Below are positions 35,655 to 45,099 of a DNA stretch of 64,000 bases, piece by piece. The position numbers were made by a program, and so were the translations under genes. Under the pieces are notes generated by a model. That model was not told where the DNA came from. It did not search any database and saw only the letters and a program-made list of their open reading frames with translations. Position 1 is the stretch's first letter; each line of letters begins with the position of its first letter. The stretch is taken from NCBI GenBank assembly GCA_965223265.1, contig OZ244999.1, positions 6,176,001-6,240,000 on the forward strand, given 5' to 3'. This DNA comes from Planctomycetota bacterium. Its GTDB lineage: Bacteria > Planctomycetota > UBA8108 > SXIK01.

Positions 35655-37937
35655 ATGCTAGCAGCCGATTTATGGCGCTTGTTTCGTCTTGCACTCGTGT
35701 TGATCGCCGTCACCTCAGCACAGATCGTCCTGACAGAGTCCGCCTTCGCTCAGTGCTCGTGCTCGTCGGACGCCGCATTGGGTACTTGTGCGATCCGTGT
35801 ACTGCAACCAGGCGACAACAGTGCACTCGGATCCGACGCCTACCCAGATCAGTTCCCCGGTCCCGGAACGGTAGTTTCAGGCGATAGCGGCGACTTTCTC
35901 TACGTGGCTGATTTCTTCAGCGGTCGAGCCTACGTTTTCGAGTACGTCGTTTCGCCCATCGCCGCGGTGAAAATCGTCGATCGGGTCGTTCCCTCGCCGG
36001 CCGGTACCGCGCAGCTCAGTGGTCTGACTGCCGTGGGCGAGACGCTGATCTGGGCTGCCGGCAACAGTCTCTGGAGCACGAACTCCGAGGGCGGTGAGGT
36101 AGCCGAATTGGGCACGATCAATCTGACAGCAGTCGCCGATGCCATTTCAGCGGCGACGGGCCAGACGTTGAGCGCGGGGGCGCTCGGCGGCATCGTTTAC
36201 CATCCCTCGCGTGAGTCGCTGTGGGCTGTCGATATCGTCAACGACCTTTACTTCGAAGTTCAGCTCGACGGCCAACTCGTTCTCGACGCCGGCGACCGCC
36301 CGAACTTTTTCTTCAACCCGATGCGCGCGCCGCTTGGCGGAGCGTACGGCAACGATCTGACCTATGTGGCCAACGAGCAAGGCGAGTTTTTCGACGTTCT
36401 CGCTGGCCCCCTGAGTGCGGGTCGCCCGAATCATGTGTTTCGCCTGCATGCCGTCGCCGGCGCGGACTTCGAGATCGGCGACGAGACTGGCGTGCGCTAC
36501 GCGCTGGACGATCAGCTCGAGTCGCCCGAATTCCCAACGGGAATCGTCCACTGGCAAGATTCCTGCTCCAGCGGCCAGGGAAGCGAATTTGTTTTCGACC
36601 TCAGTCTCTCCGGCGCATCGCCGAGGCTGATCGAGGTAGCGGGTGATACTCCACAGTTCGGCACCCCTGCAGACTTTCAGTGCACACCGATCTCGGACAC
36701 CTCCGCAGAACTGACTTGGCGAAAAGATCTGCCGTACGAGACGCTGACGATCGTCCGGAGGAACCTCTCGACAGGAGTCGAGACCGAGATCCTATCGACA
36801 ACGTTTGAGGAAGACTCAGGCAGTACGCTCGATGAGGGAATTCCGCCCGGCACCTACGAATATATCGCGACCACCAGCACGGAGACCGCTGACGTCCCCG
36901 AACTGCGCTGCCGCCTAAACATCGGGCGCGGTCGAAGCGTCAACTTGGGCGCGGCCGGCGACAACCCATACGGCGTGACCCTGGCTGACGGCGAAATCGT
37001 CGTCGCCGACTTGAGCGGCACGGCGTCGATTCTCGACTCCGGCCTGCAGGTGCAATCGACCCTTCCGAGTCCGTTCACTGAGTCAGGCACAACGACCGGC
37101 ATCGCCTATCGACCCGCCAACCAGCGCCTCTTCTGGATGCAAGATACCGGTAGCGCCTACTTGCTTGCTGCCACCAACATGGCAGGCGAAGTGCAGGGCG
37201 ACGTGGCTCTGATTGAGAGCCCGCTCAACTTTGTCCGTGGAATGCAGCTCGGAGACGTCGCGTACGATGGCGCCAACGACTATTTTTGGACGGTCGATCG
37301 TCTGACGTCGACCGTTTTTCCGATCTCGCCGTCGGGAACCATCCCGACGCCGTTCGAAACGCAGCAGCTTTCGCTGGGCGAAGGCACCATCCTTGGTGGC
37401 GGCGTCTCGGTGTTTGAGTCGTCGCCAACCTCGGTGACCCTCGATCTCACAGCTGGCACGGTCGATCGCGGTTTCGCGTCGGACTTCGTGCGCGTCGAGT
37501 TCAACCTAGACGACCTCACGTTCACGGAGCGCTTTCGCTTCGATCTTACGGCTTCGTTCGACGCAGCCAGCCCCGGCAGCATCGCTGTGAATGGTGACAC
37601 AGCCTTCGTGACGGCGCTCGATACCGGCGCGGTCTATGAGCTTGCCGTGAGTTCCCGCGATCTACCGTTCTTCCGACGCGGCGACGTCAACGACGACGAA
37701 GCCATCAATATCTCCGATCCGAGCGCGCTCCTTCTGCACCTCTTCCGCAGCGCTCCAGAGCCGACTTGCCCGGCAGCCGCGGACGCCAACCGCGACGACG
37801 CCCTGCAGCTCGCGGACGCGGTTTTCCTCTTCAACTATCTCTTCGTCAGCGGCGAGGCTCCGCCGGCTCCGTTCCCCAGCTGTGGGCCGGATCCAGACAC
37901 TGCACTGGATTGTTCCGCTTCGTCCTGTTCGCCCTGA
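35655..37937 (+). CDS. Large secreted protein: beta-propeller-like regions, Fn3-like linker, C-terminal dockerin-like domain
   Basis: GGAG RBS and signal peptide ...ESAFA|Q; blade-like repeats (GGIVYHPSRESLWAVD, GIAYRPANQRLFW, DVAYDGANDYFWTVD); FRRGDVNDDEAINISD...DANRDDALQLAD. Confidence 0.85.
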   Translation: MLAADLWRLFRLALVLIAVTSAQIVLTESAFAQCSCSSDAALGTCAIRVLQPGDNSALGSDAYPDQFPGPGTVVSGDSGDFLYVADFFSGRAYVFEYVVSPIAAVKIVDRVVPSPAGTAQLSGLTAVGETLIWAAGNSLWSTNSEGGEVAELGTINLTAVADAISAATGQTLSAGALGGIVYHPSRESLWAVDIVNDLYFEVQLDGQLVLDAGDRPNFFFNPMRAPLGGAYGNDLTYVANEQGEFFDVLAGPLSAGRPNHVFRLHAVAGADFEIGDETGVRYALDDQLESPEFPTGIVHWQDSCSSGQGSEFVFDLSLSGASPRLIEVAGDTPQFGTPADFQCTPISDTSAELTWRKDLPYETLTIVRRNLSTGVETEILSTTFEEDSGSTLDEGIPPGTYEYIATTSTETADVPELRCRLNIGRGRSVNLGAAGDNPYGVTLADGEIVVADLSGTASILDSGLQVQSTLPSPFTESGTTTGIAYRPANQRLFWMQDTGSAYLLAATNMAGEVQGDVALIESPLNFVRGMQLGDVAYDGANDYFWTVDRLTSTVFPISPSGTIPTPFETQQLSLGEGTILGGGVSVFESSPTSVTLDLTAGTVDRGFASDFVRVEFNLDDLTFTERFRFDLTASFDAASPGSIAVNGDTAFVTALDTGAVYELAVSSRDLPFFRRGDVNDDEAINISDPSALLLHLFRSAPEPTCPAAADANRDDALQLADAVFLFNYLFVSGEAPPAPFPSCGPDPDTALDCSASSCSP

Positions 37938-38442
37938 CACCCCGCCGCACTCGATCCACGGCGCCGAGAAACAGAAGCGACACCTTGTGCCGTCGTTTTG
38001 AAGTCTTGCTGCGGGTTTGTTGCGGGCAGCCGTCCCGGGGCTGCTACGCGCAGGGTGGCGCTTCGAAAGCGGCGCCTCTCCCGCCCAGATCGACTTCGGG
38101 ATCTGCCAGGTCATCGCCGCAGTTAACGAGTCTGGACGCGATCGGGCCGGGCGTGACGACGACGTTCTTCGCCGCGATGAACCATACGGCGACAGGTTGA
38201 ACCTCTTTCAACTTTCCCGGAACGTCGGCCGCGGGATCACATCGCCTGCGTCGACCGGCGTGAAACTTTTTCGGCCGCCGGCAGGTGAAAAAAAAGCGTC
38301 GGTCCGTTACTCTTCCATGGACCGAAAAAAAGGCAAAGAAATCGCCCCTCGGGTCCGAAGGAAGCAGGAGAAGAATCATTACGGGCAGTTCGTGACTCGA
38401 TGAGGGCTCTTCTTTGCACGACGAAGGGAAGTGAAAGACGGA

Positions 38443-39648
38443 ATGAAGCGAGCACAGACTCTCCGCCTCGTGGTGCCGTTCGTGGCACTCTGGTTCTGCG
38501 CCTGCGCGGCCACATCGCATCACGGCTCGTCGACACGACGCGCGACAGAGCTGTTTTCTTCCGGGGATTACGCTGCCGCGGCAACGCATTTTCGCGACGC
38601 TGCCGACAGCGCCCGCACCGATGCGGCGCGGTATCGCGCTTTTGTGGGTCTTGGCCGCGCTCAACTTCACGCCGACCAGCCCATGGCGGCACTCCAATCT
38701 CTCTACAAGGCACAGGGCTTCAGCCGCGCCGAACAAGAGTCTGAAGTTTATCGTCTGATCGGTGTCTGCTACCTAGCTACCGGAGACTACAAACTGGCCA
38801 GCAACTATCTGCTCAAAAGGCTGGCGCGTGGTGGCTGGGAGCGCGAAGTCGCTCTCGCGTACACGAGCTTTTGTCTGAGCGAGCTGGGCGACAAGGTCGG
38901 CGCCGCTCGGTATCGACGTAAGCTCGCCTCGCCGCTCTCTCAAAGAGTGAAGGACATCATCGACGGGCGGGACGCCATGACGGTGAAGTCACGCACGGCG
39001 GCGCGCGATCGACACGTGCGGAGCCAGCTGGCAACGATGCGTCGCCCGGTACAGCGCCGCCCCCAAGTCGCCAAACGCCAGCCAAAACCACAGCGACGTC
39101 CTGAGAGCAGGAAACCGCTGTCGATCTTACCCCGCAACTTGTGGAAACCGCGCCCGAGGAAGGCGAACGTCGAACACATGGGGAAGATTTATCGCTTGAC
39201 GATTCATCACAGCGCTGGAGACGCGTTCTGGGAACACGACTTCTCGGCGACTGCGGCGCACATCAAGAACATTCAACGCTTTCACCAGGTCAAGAATCGC
39301 TGGGCGGATATCGGCTACCACTTCATCGTCGACCGCACTGGAAACGTCTGGGAAGGTCGCAAGCTCCACTATCAGGGCGCCCATGCTGGCGGCGTCGCCA
39401 ACCACGGCAACATCGGCATCGTCGTGCTCGGAAACTACACTCGCCAGAAACTCCACCCACGGCAGAGGACACGCCTCGCGACCTTCGTCAAAAGTCTTTG
39501 CGAGCGCTACGGCATACCGGCAAATCGGGTTCACACCCACAATGAGCTGCAGCCAGGTCACACGGAATGTCCGGGCTCGGCCCTATCGCACTTCGTCGCC
39601 GGACTGCGCCGGCACCTACGGGCGTCGCAAATCGCACTCGGCAAGTAA
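38443..39648 (+). CDS. Lipoprotein with TPR-like repeats and Amidase_2/PGRP N-acetylmuramoyl-L-alanine amidase domain
   Basis: Signal with CACA; helical repeats; LTIHHSAG, WADIGYHFIVD, GAHAG, NIGIVVLGNY, HTHNE...TECPG zinc ligands. Confidence 0.9.
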   Translation: MKRAQTLRLVVPFVALWFCACAATSHHGSSTRRATELFSSGDYAAAATHFRDAADSARTDAARYRAFVGLGRAQLHADQPMAALQSLYKAQGFSRAEQESEVYRLIGVCYLATGDYKLASNYLLKRLARGGWEREVALAYTSFCLSELGDKVGAARYRRKLASPLSQRVKDIIDGRDAMTVKSRTAARDRHVRSQLATMRRPVQRRPQVAKRQPKPQRRPESRKPLSILPRNLWKPRPRKANVEHMGKIYRLTIHHSAGDAFWEHDFSATAAHIKNIQRFHQVKNRWADIGYHFIVDRTGNVWEGRKLHYQGAHAGGVANHGNIGIVVLGNYTRQKLHPRQRTRLATFVKSLCERYGIPANRVHTHNELQPGHTECPGSALSHFVAGLRRHLRASQIALGK

Positions 39649-39735
39649 CGTGCGGCCACGGAGCTGAATCCTCAGTGACGCTAGCGACTCGGCGTCCCGC
39701 AGCGACGAAGGTGCCCGCACGCGAGCCCCCGAGGG

Positions 39736-40089
39736 CTAGCGCGAAGCGGTTGACAGCTCGATCACCCGATCCCAGTCGTCGGGCTGCAGCGGATCGTCAA
39801 GCGCCAGCCGGTTGCGGCGCTCGATCCCGCAGCCTTCGCAGACGTGGATGACGAACCACGTCTGCCGCTCCTGATCGATCCGAACCGGCCTCATCAGCCC
39901 TTGGCAGTGCGCAGCACGGTCGCCGGGTACGACGTCAACGTGTCGAGACCAGAGGCAGGCTGGACAGTGGCTGCGAAAGCCGCGACGCAGCGGCTTCACC
40001 TCGACGCCGCAGGCGAGACAAGCGAAGGGATCGTTCCCGCGACCGAGAAAGTTTCGCCGTTCGCCGCTGCGGCGCTCACTTTGGCTCAC
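39736..40089 (-). CDS. RNHCP-domain protein
   Basis: FACLACG...RSHCPACLWSRHVD..PGDRAAHCQGLM...HVCEGCG. Confidence 0.88.
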   Translation of the reverse strand: MSQSERRSGERRNFLGRGNDPFACLACGVEVKPLRRGFRSHCPACLWSRHVDVVPGDRAAHCQGLMRPVRIDQERQTWFVIHVCEGCGIERRNRLALDDPLQPDDWDRVIELSTASR

Positions 40090-40354
40090 GTCGAACTCCC
40101 TGCCGGATCTCCCGCGTTTCCGCACCAGACCATTCCCGCCAGCCCGAACCCCAGGCCAACAGCACAACTATGGGCAAACAAATGACTTAACACCATCGAG
40201 AAGCGACCACAAAAAGCGCTGTGATGACGATTTTCCTTCAGAGCCGTCCGGGCGTCGAGGTACGACCTTACAGAAGGCGACGGCGACAGCTCCGCGCCGA
40301 CTCGCTCAGATGCTAAAATAACCGCTTCCCCGCCGATCGAAAACCGAACAGCGC

Positions 40355-40927
40355 ATGAACTCCCCCGACGCCCAAACGCGAGCCAGAAAGTCCGAAGACT
40401 GCGAGCTCGTCCATCGAACCCGCCGCGGCGAGACGGCTGCCTTCGAGGCTCTCATCGCCAAATACCAACGCGCTGTCTTCAACATCGCGCTCTACAAGAG
40501 TAAGAATCATTTCGACGCCGAAGATCTAGTCCAAGACATCTTTCTCGCCGCGTACCGCGCCCTCGAGACGCTTCGTTCGCCGGAGAACTTTTCGAGCTGG
40601 CTGTTCGGGATCGCATACAACCGCTGCCACAAATGGTTCCAGCGCGAGCGAACGAAAGTCGTCAAGTTTGAAGTGCTGCGGCAGCGCGTTGCACGCGAGA
40701 CACGCCTACAGCAGCGTGCGAACTCCAGTGAGGACGTGCCGCTGTCCGAGTCACTGGCGCGCGTGCCGACCGAGATCCGCACGGTGCTTCGTTTTAAATA
40801 CCTCGAAGGATTGAGCTACCAAGAAATCGAAGAGCGAATGGGAATCAATGCGCACCGGATCGACTATCTGATTCGCAAAGGCAAACAAATGCTCCGTGAG
40901 CGCATGACGAAGAGCGAAGAACGATGA
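40355..40927 (+). CDS. ECF RNA polymerase sigma factor
   Basis: AFEALIAKYQ, DAEDLVQDIFLAAY, FSSWLFGIAYN, EGLSYQEI region 4. Confidence 0.93.
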   Translation: MNSPDAQTRARKSEDCELVHRTRRGETAAFEALIAKYQRAVFNIALYKSKNHFDAEDLVQDIFLAAYRALETLRSPENFSSWLFGIAYNRCHKWFQRERTKVVKFEVLRQRVARETRLQQRANSSEDVPLSESLARVPTEIRTVLRFKYLEGLSYQEIEERMGINAHRIDYLIRKGKQMLRERMTKSEER

Positions 40928-41940
40928 CGAAGCGAAGCGACGACAACCTCAGTAAGCCGAACTTCTCCTTGGACGACTCCGCATCGGGCAAGGCAGATCA
41001 CCTTGACCCGAGCGACGATGCGTTCGACTCGTCACTGGTCGATCTGACCGCCCGCCGCTGCGATGCGCTGCGCTCTCACTATCATCACTACGTCGAGAAT
41101 GAGCTGGACCCGCTGCGAGTCCGGATGGTGGATGCCCACCTCGGAGCTTGCGACAAATGTCGCGAGGAAGTGGAGTACCTCCAGCTCGAGAAGCTGTGGG
41201 TTATGGAGACCGTGCTCGACGCGCCAGAGCTCTCGGACCGCCTGACGGAGAAGATCGTTGCGGCTGTTCATGCAGAACGCCGCGACCTCAACTCACGGTG
41301 GTTTTTGCGCGTCAGCGCGAGCATTGCGGCTGTAGCGCTTGCCGGCGTGCTCGCCGTGTTCGCCGGAGGCGCCTCGATCGAGACGCCCGAAATCGTCTCC
41401 GAGAAGCAGATACACCTGCCGCCCGGAACCATCCACGTACGCTCTGCCGGTAAAAGTCGCGACAGAAACGAGCTCCCGCGAGCTCGGCTCGTCCATTACA
41501 ACGCGTCATCGGGCATCTCGACGACGCATGGCTACCCTTGGACACTTCCGGCACCGCGCCGCCATGCAGCTCGCTGCGACTACCCGGCCTCGGCGTACCG
41601 CGTCGCTGTGCGGGTCAAATCGCCGCGCGACCGTATCCGCAAGCTCACTCCGCTCGCCTCGCGCGCAGACGTCGTCGTCTTCGTGCGGATGCCTCGGCGA
41701 GGACGTATCAGCTTGAGGGATACGGTCAACGTCGCTCTACGTTTCGCTCGCGGCACTCCTGCGGTCGAACGCGATCTCGAGTCGTGCGAGCCAGACCCGA
41801 ACGCGGACGGCAAACTGGATATCGATGACATCGCATACGGTCTCCAGGTACTATACGGGGCTCAAACGCCGGAGGCCGTCGCCTTGGGTGACGAGTCATC
41901 GCAGGAGAACGAGTGCGATGCCGCGTGCGCTCGTGCGTGA
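40924..41940 (+). CDS. Zinc-finger (HxxxCxxC) transmembrane anti-sigma factor with C-terminal dockerin-like domain
   Basis: HLGACDKC; TM ASIAAVALAGVLAVFA; CEPDPNADGKLDIDDIAYGLQVLYG; ATGA overlap with the sigma gene. Confidence 0.85.
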   Translation: MTKRSDDNLSKPNFSLDDSASGKADHLDPSDDAFDSSLVDLTARRCDALRSHYHHYVENELDPLRVRMVDAHLGACDKCREEVEYLQLEKLWVMETVLDAPELSDRLTEKIVAAVHAERRDLNSRWFLRVSASIAAVALAGVLAVFAGGASIETPEIVSEKQIHLPPGTIHVRSAGKSRDRNELPRARLVHYNASSGISTTHGYPWTLPAPRRHAARCDYPASAYRVAVRVKSPRDRIRKLTPLASRADVVVFVRMPRRGRISLRDTVNVALRFARGTPAVERDLESCEPDPNADGKLDIDDIAYGLQVLYGAQTPEAVALGDESSQENECDAACARA

Positions 41941-42075
41941 CGCTCCAATGCGTCCATCAACCATTTGAGGATGCCTGGAGGTCGAACTCAGCGGCGACGC
42001 GACTTATCATTCGGCCCTTACGAGTTCGATTCAAACAAGATGAACGTGTACCTATCGTTCGGAGGATCTTTGAAC

Positions 42076-43542
42076 GTGACTTTCCCTGAAAAACATCGAC
42101 AAGAACGAAGCCCTCGTCGCCACGCTCGTTCTTTCGTCGTGACCGCGCTGCTTTTCGGCTGCGCGCTGTTGCTAGTGAGCCAGCCGCCGACCGTGAGCTC
42201 GGCGAGCGAAGGCGAAAGCACGAAGCGATTCTTCTTGGCATACAGCGTCAACAACGCAGGTTTCACCGACACCTGTGGCTGACCAAAGAAAAAGATCAAG
42301 CTGGGCAGTTTGCCCAGACGCATGACTTACCTCCAGCAGCTTCGTGGCTTCGGTGTCCCAACACTCTTGGTTGACGGTGGCAACGTTTTCTATCGTACGC
42401 TCACGAAGAAAGCACCCGATCGAGGCAAAGAGCTGACGCTGTGGAACCACGCTCGCGTCATTCTCAATGCGTACAACCTACTCGGCTATCAGGCGGTCGC
42501 CGTCGGCCCGGAGGACCTCCAGCTTGGTTTGAACCGCCTGCAGGAACTGGCCAACAAGGCACACTTTCCGTTTGTCTGCGCAAACTTGGTGGACAAGAAG
42601 ACGAAACAACCGTATTTCGAGCCCTATACGATCGTGAACGTCAACGGTTTGCGCGTCGGCGTCTATGGCATGCTGCAACAGCGGCTCAATCCAACGATCC
42701 GCGAGCGGGCCATTCCGGACGGCGAAATCCTACCGCCGATCGAAACGACGAAGCGAATTGTTGCGGAGATGAAGGCGAAGTGTGACGCCATCATCGGTCT
42801 TTCCCACCTGCACGAAGAGACCAACTCCAAAATCCTCGAGGAAGTCCCAGAGATTACCGCACTCGTCGATCCGGCGTCGCGCCATGGGTTCAAGACCGTC
42901 TGGATCCACTCTGAGGAGGACTACAGCCGGGACTTCGGCGGACGTCCGCGCCTGCGCATCGATGGGCAAGGCTCGCGGATCGGCATCGCTGATCTCACCG
43001 TGTCAAAGTCGAGCAAGAAACCTTCGAGTTATACGGGATACCATGTACCGATCGAGCCGCACATCATGCGGCACCCGGTGATGACTGAATTGCTGACATT
43101 CGTGCGTGCTGGTCGCGACTACCCTCTTGATCGCAAGCGCGATGCCCATTCAATGTATCCGTTCGACGACGCACTCGGAGCAGCGACGTGCGGCTCATGC
43201 CATCCCGAACAACTCGAGTTCTGGAAGTCGACGTCCCACGCCTCAAATTTCCACACCCTTGAGGCGACCGGCGACCAAGCCAACTCCGATTGCGTTGGCT
43301 GCCATTCGCTTGGCTATGGCGTCACATTCGTGAACGCCGCCGACGCGAAGAATTTCAAGGAAGTGCAGTGCGAAAACTGCCACGGTATTGTACGGGGCCA
43401 CGCCGAGGACCCGGAGAAGCACCGATTCGGGGAGGTCGGCGAACGCACGTGCGTCGGCTGTCACAACAAGGATTACACACAGAAAGACTTCGACTACGAG
43501 GACGCGCGTCCGCGAGCGTCCTGCCCGACTTCGGCCAAGTAG
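42076..43542 (+). CDS. Probable selenoprotein: UshA/5'-nucleotidase-fold domain with C-G-U motif fused to tetraheme cytochrome c
   Basis: Track ORFs 41965-42282 and 42310-43542 are in one frame, separated only by TGA 42280-42282: DTCG*PKKKIKLGSLPRR aligns with DVCGCKHKQVRQGSLTRR of the next gene; signal peptide; four CxxCH; GGAGGA RBS at 42061. Confidence 0.85.
42301..42317 (+). promoter_or_regulatory. Candidate bacterial SECIS hairpin
   Basis: CTGGGCA-GTT-TGCCCAG perfect stem starting 18 nt after the TGA, with GU in the apical loop. Confidence 0.7.
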
Positions 43543-43575
43543 TCGCTGCGAACCCGCGTCAAGGAGTCAAGGACC

Positions 43576-45072
43576 ATGCGAAAATCAGCAGTCGTCGTGA
43601 CGCTTTTCGGCTTGACGGTTGTGCTGTCAGGAAGCGGTCAAGTCGAGGCAGAAAAACCAGCGCGATTCACCCTCGTCTACAACGTCAACAACTCCGGATA
43701 CATCGATGTCTGCGGCTGCAAGCACAAGCAGGTCCGCCAGGGAAGTCTGACGCGACGTTCGAGTTTCCTCAAACAGCTCCACGCGACGGGACGAAACCTA
43801 CTCCTCCTCGATGGCGGCAGCTCGCTCTTCAAGGTCGGCGAACTGATCAAGAAAGAACAGCGCGACGAAGCGATCCGCAAGGCTCAGCTCATCGTCGAAG
43901 CCTACAATCGGATGGGATACCATGCCATGGCTGTGGGCCCAGCCGATCTTTACGCCGGACTGGATGAAACTCTCGCCCTCAGGAAGAAGGCAAAATTCAA
44001 ATTCCTATCCGCGAACGCCTACGACAAGAACACGGGCAAGCTCCTCTTCGAGCCGCATGCTGTATTCGAAGTCGGCGGCGCGAGAGTCGGCGTGATCGGC
44101 CTCACGCTGCAGACGATTTCAAAACCGTTCTTACGGCGCATCGGCTCGCGATTTGAAGTGCGTGACGCAGAGACCGCTCTTAGGGAGTCTATCGAAGCCC
44201 TCAAACCAAAGACGGACTCGCTGATCGTCTTGTGCCACGAACGAGAAGAGGTCAGTAAGAAGTTCGCTGCAGCATTCCCGGAAATCCACATGTTGGTCGA
44301 TCCTTACATTCAGTACGGCAACCACCACACTTGGATCAAGAAACACGAGTGGCTCGACCGAGTCGAGGAGACTGTCTTCCTGCGCAGTGACGGACAAGGC
44401 GCTCGACTCGGCGTCGTTGACGTCGAGCTCAAACATGGTAGCCGTCCGCTCGTCTCACGCATCGACCTGGAAGATCTCGCTGCCGCGGTCGCCGCTGCCG
44501 ATGCCAATGTCACCGACGCCGACAAGGAGAAGCTGATTTCCTGGCGTGCGTTCAATCCCTTCGATTTTCAGCGCGTCTCGCTCGAGCCGCATCACCTCTC
44601 CGACCCCGACATCGATCGTCTCGTCGACGAATGGAAAAAGAATGTCGACCCGAGCAAAGTAGCGCGGCTAGAGGCAGAGCTGCCGCGGCGCGCTGAGTAC
44701 GCGACCGCAGACAAGTGCAAGGGCTGCCACGAAACGCAATACGACTGGTGGAAAAAGACGCGTCATGCGACAGCCTTCGCCACGCTGCAGCGCACAGGCG
44801 ATCATCAGCGCTTCGACTGTATTGGCTGCCACACGTTGGGTTACGGCGAAGCATTTCTCAACACGACCGCGGTCGGCGAATTCGCAGATGTGCAGTGTGA
44901 GTCGTGTCACGGCACGAACCCGAAACATCTCGAGAGCCCGGCGACCCATAGCTACCGCAAGATCACTAAGCACGATTGCCTTGTCTGTCACAACAAAGAG
45001 CAAACGCTAAAAGACTTTGCGTTCGCAGCGGCGCGGCGGAGAATCGCCTGTCCGAGCTCGAAGAAGTCATAA
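43576..45072 (+). CDS. UshA-fold (C-G-C) + tetraheme cytochrome c protein, Cys paralog
   Basis: Signal peptide; YIDVCGC; LLLDGGS; CKGCH, CIGCH, CESCH, CLVCH. Confidence 0.9.
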   Translation: MRKSAVVVTLFGLTVVLSGSGQVEAEKPARFTLVYNVNNSGYIDVCGCKHKQVRQGSLTRRSSFLKQLHATGRNLLLLDGGSSLFKVGELIKKEQRDEAIRKAQLIVEAYNRMGYHAMAVGPADLYAGLDETLALRKKAKFKFLSANAYDKNTGKLLFEPHAVFEVGGARVGVIGLTLQTISKPFLRRIGSRFEVRDAETALRESIEALKPKTDSLIVLCHEREEVSKKFAAAFPEIHMLVDPYIQYGNHHTWIKKHEWLDRVEETVFLRSDGQGARLGVVDVELKHGSRPLVSRIDLEDLAAAVAAADANVTDADKEKLISWRAFNPFDFQRVSLEPHHLSDPDIDRLVDEWKKNVDPSKVARLEAELPRRAEYATADKCKGCHETQYDWWKKTRHATAFATLQRTGDHQRFDCIGCHTLGYGEAFLNTTAVGEFADVQCESCHGTNPKHLESPATHSYRKITKHDCLVCHNKEQTLKDFAFAAARRRIACPSSKKS

Positions 45073-45099
45073 CGAGACGACAACTGCGAGACCGCCTGG

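Noticed and set aside
41965-42282. Separate small ORF or nonsense pseudogene
   Set aside because: The TGA aligns to a Cys in the paralog and is followed by a SECIS-like hairpin, so Sec read-through is the better explanation.
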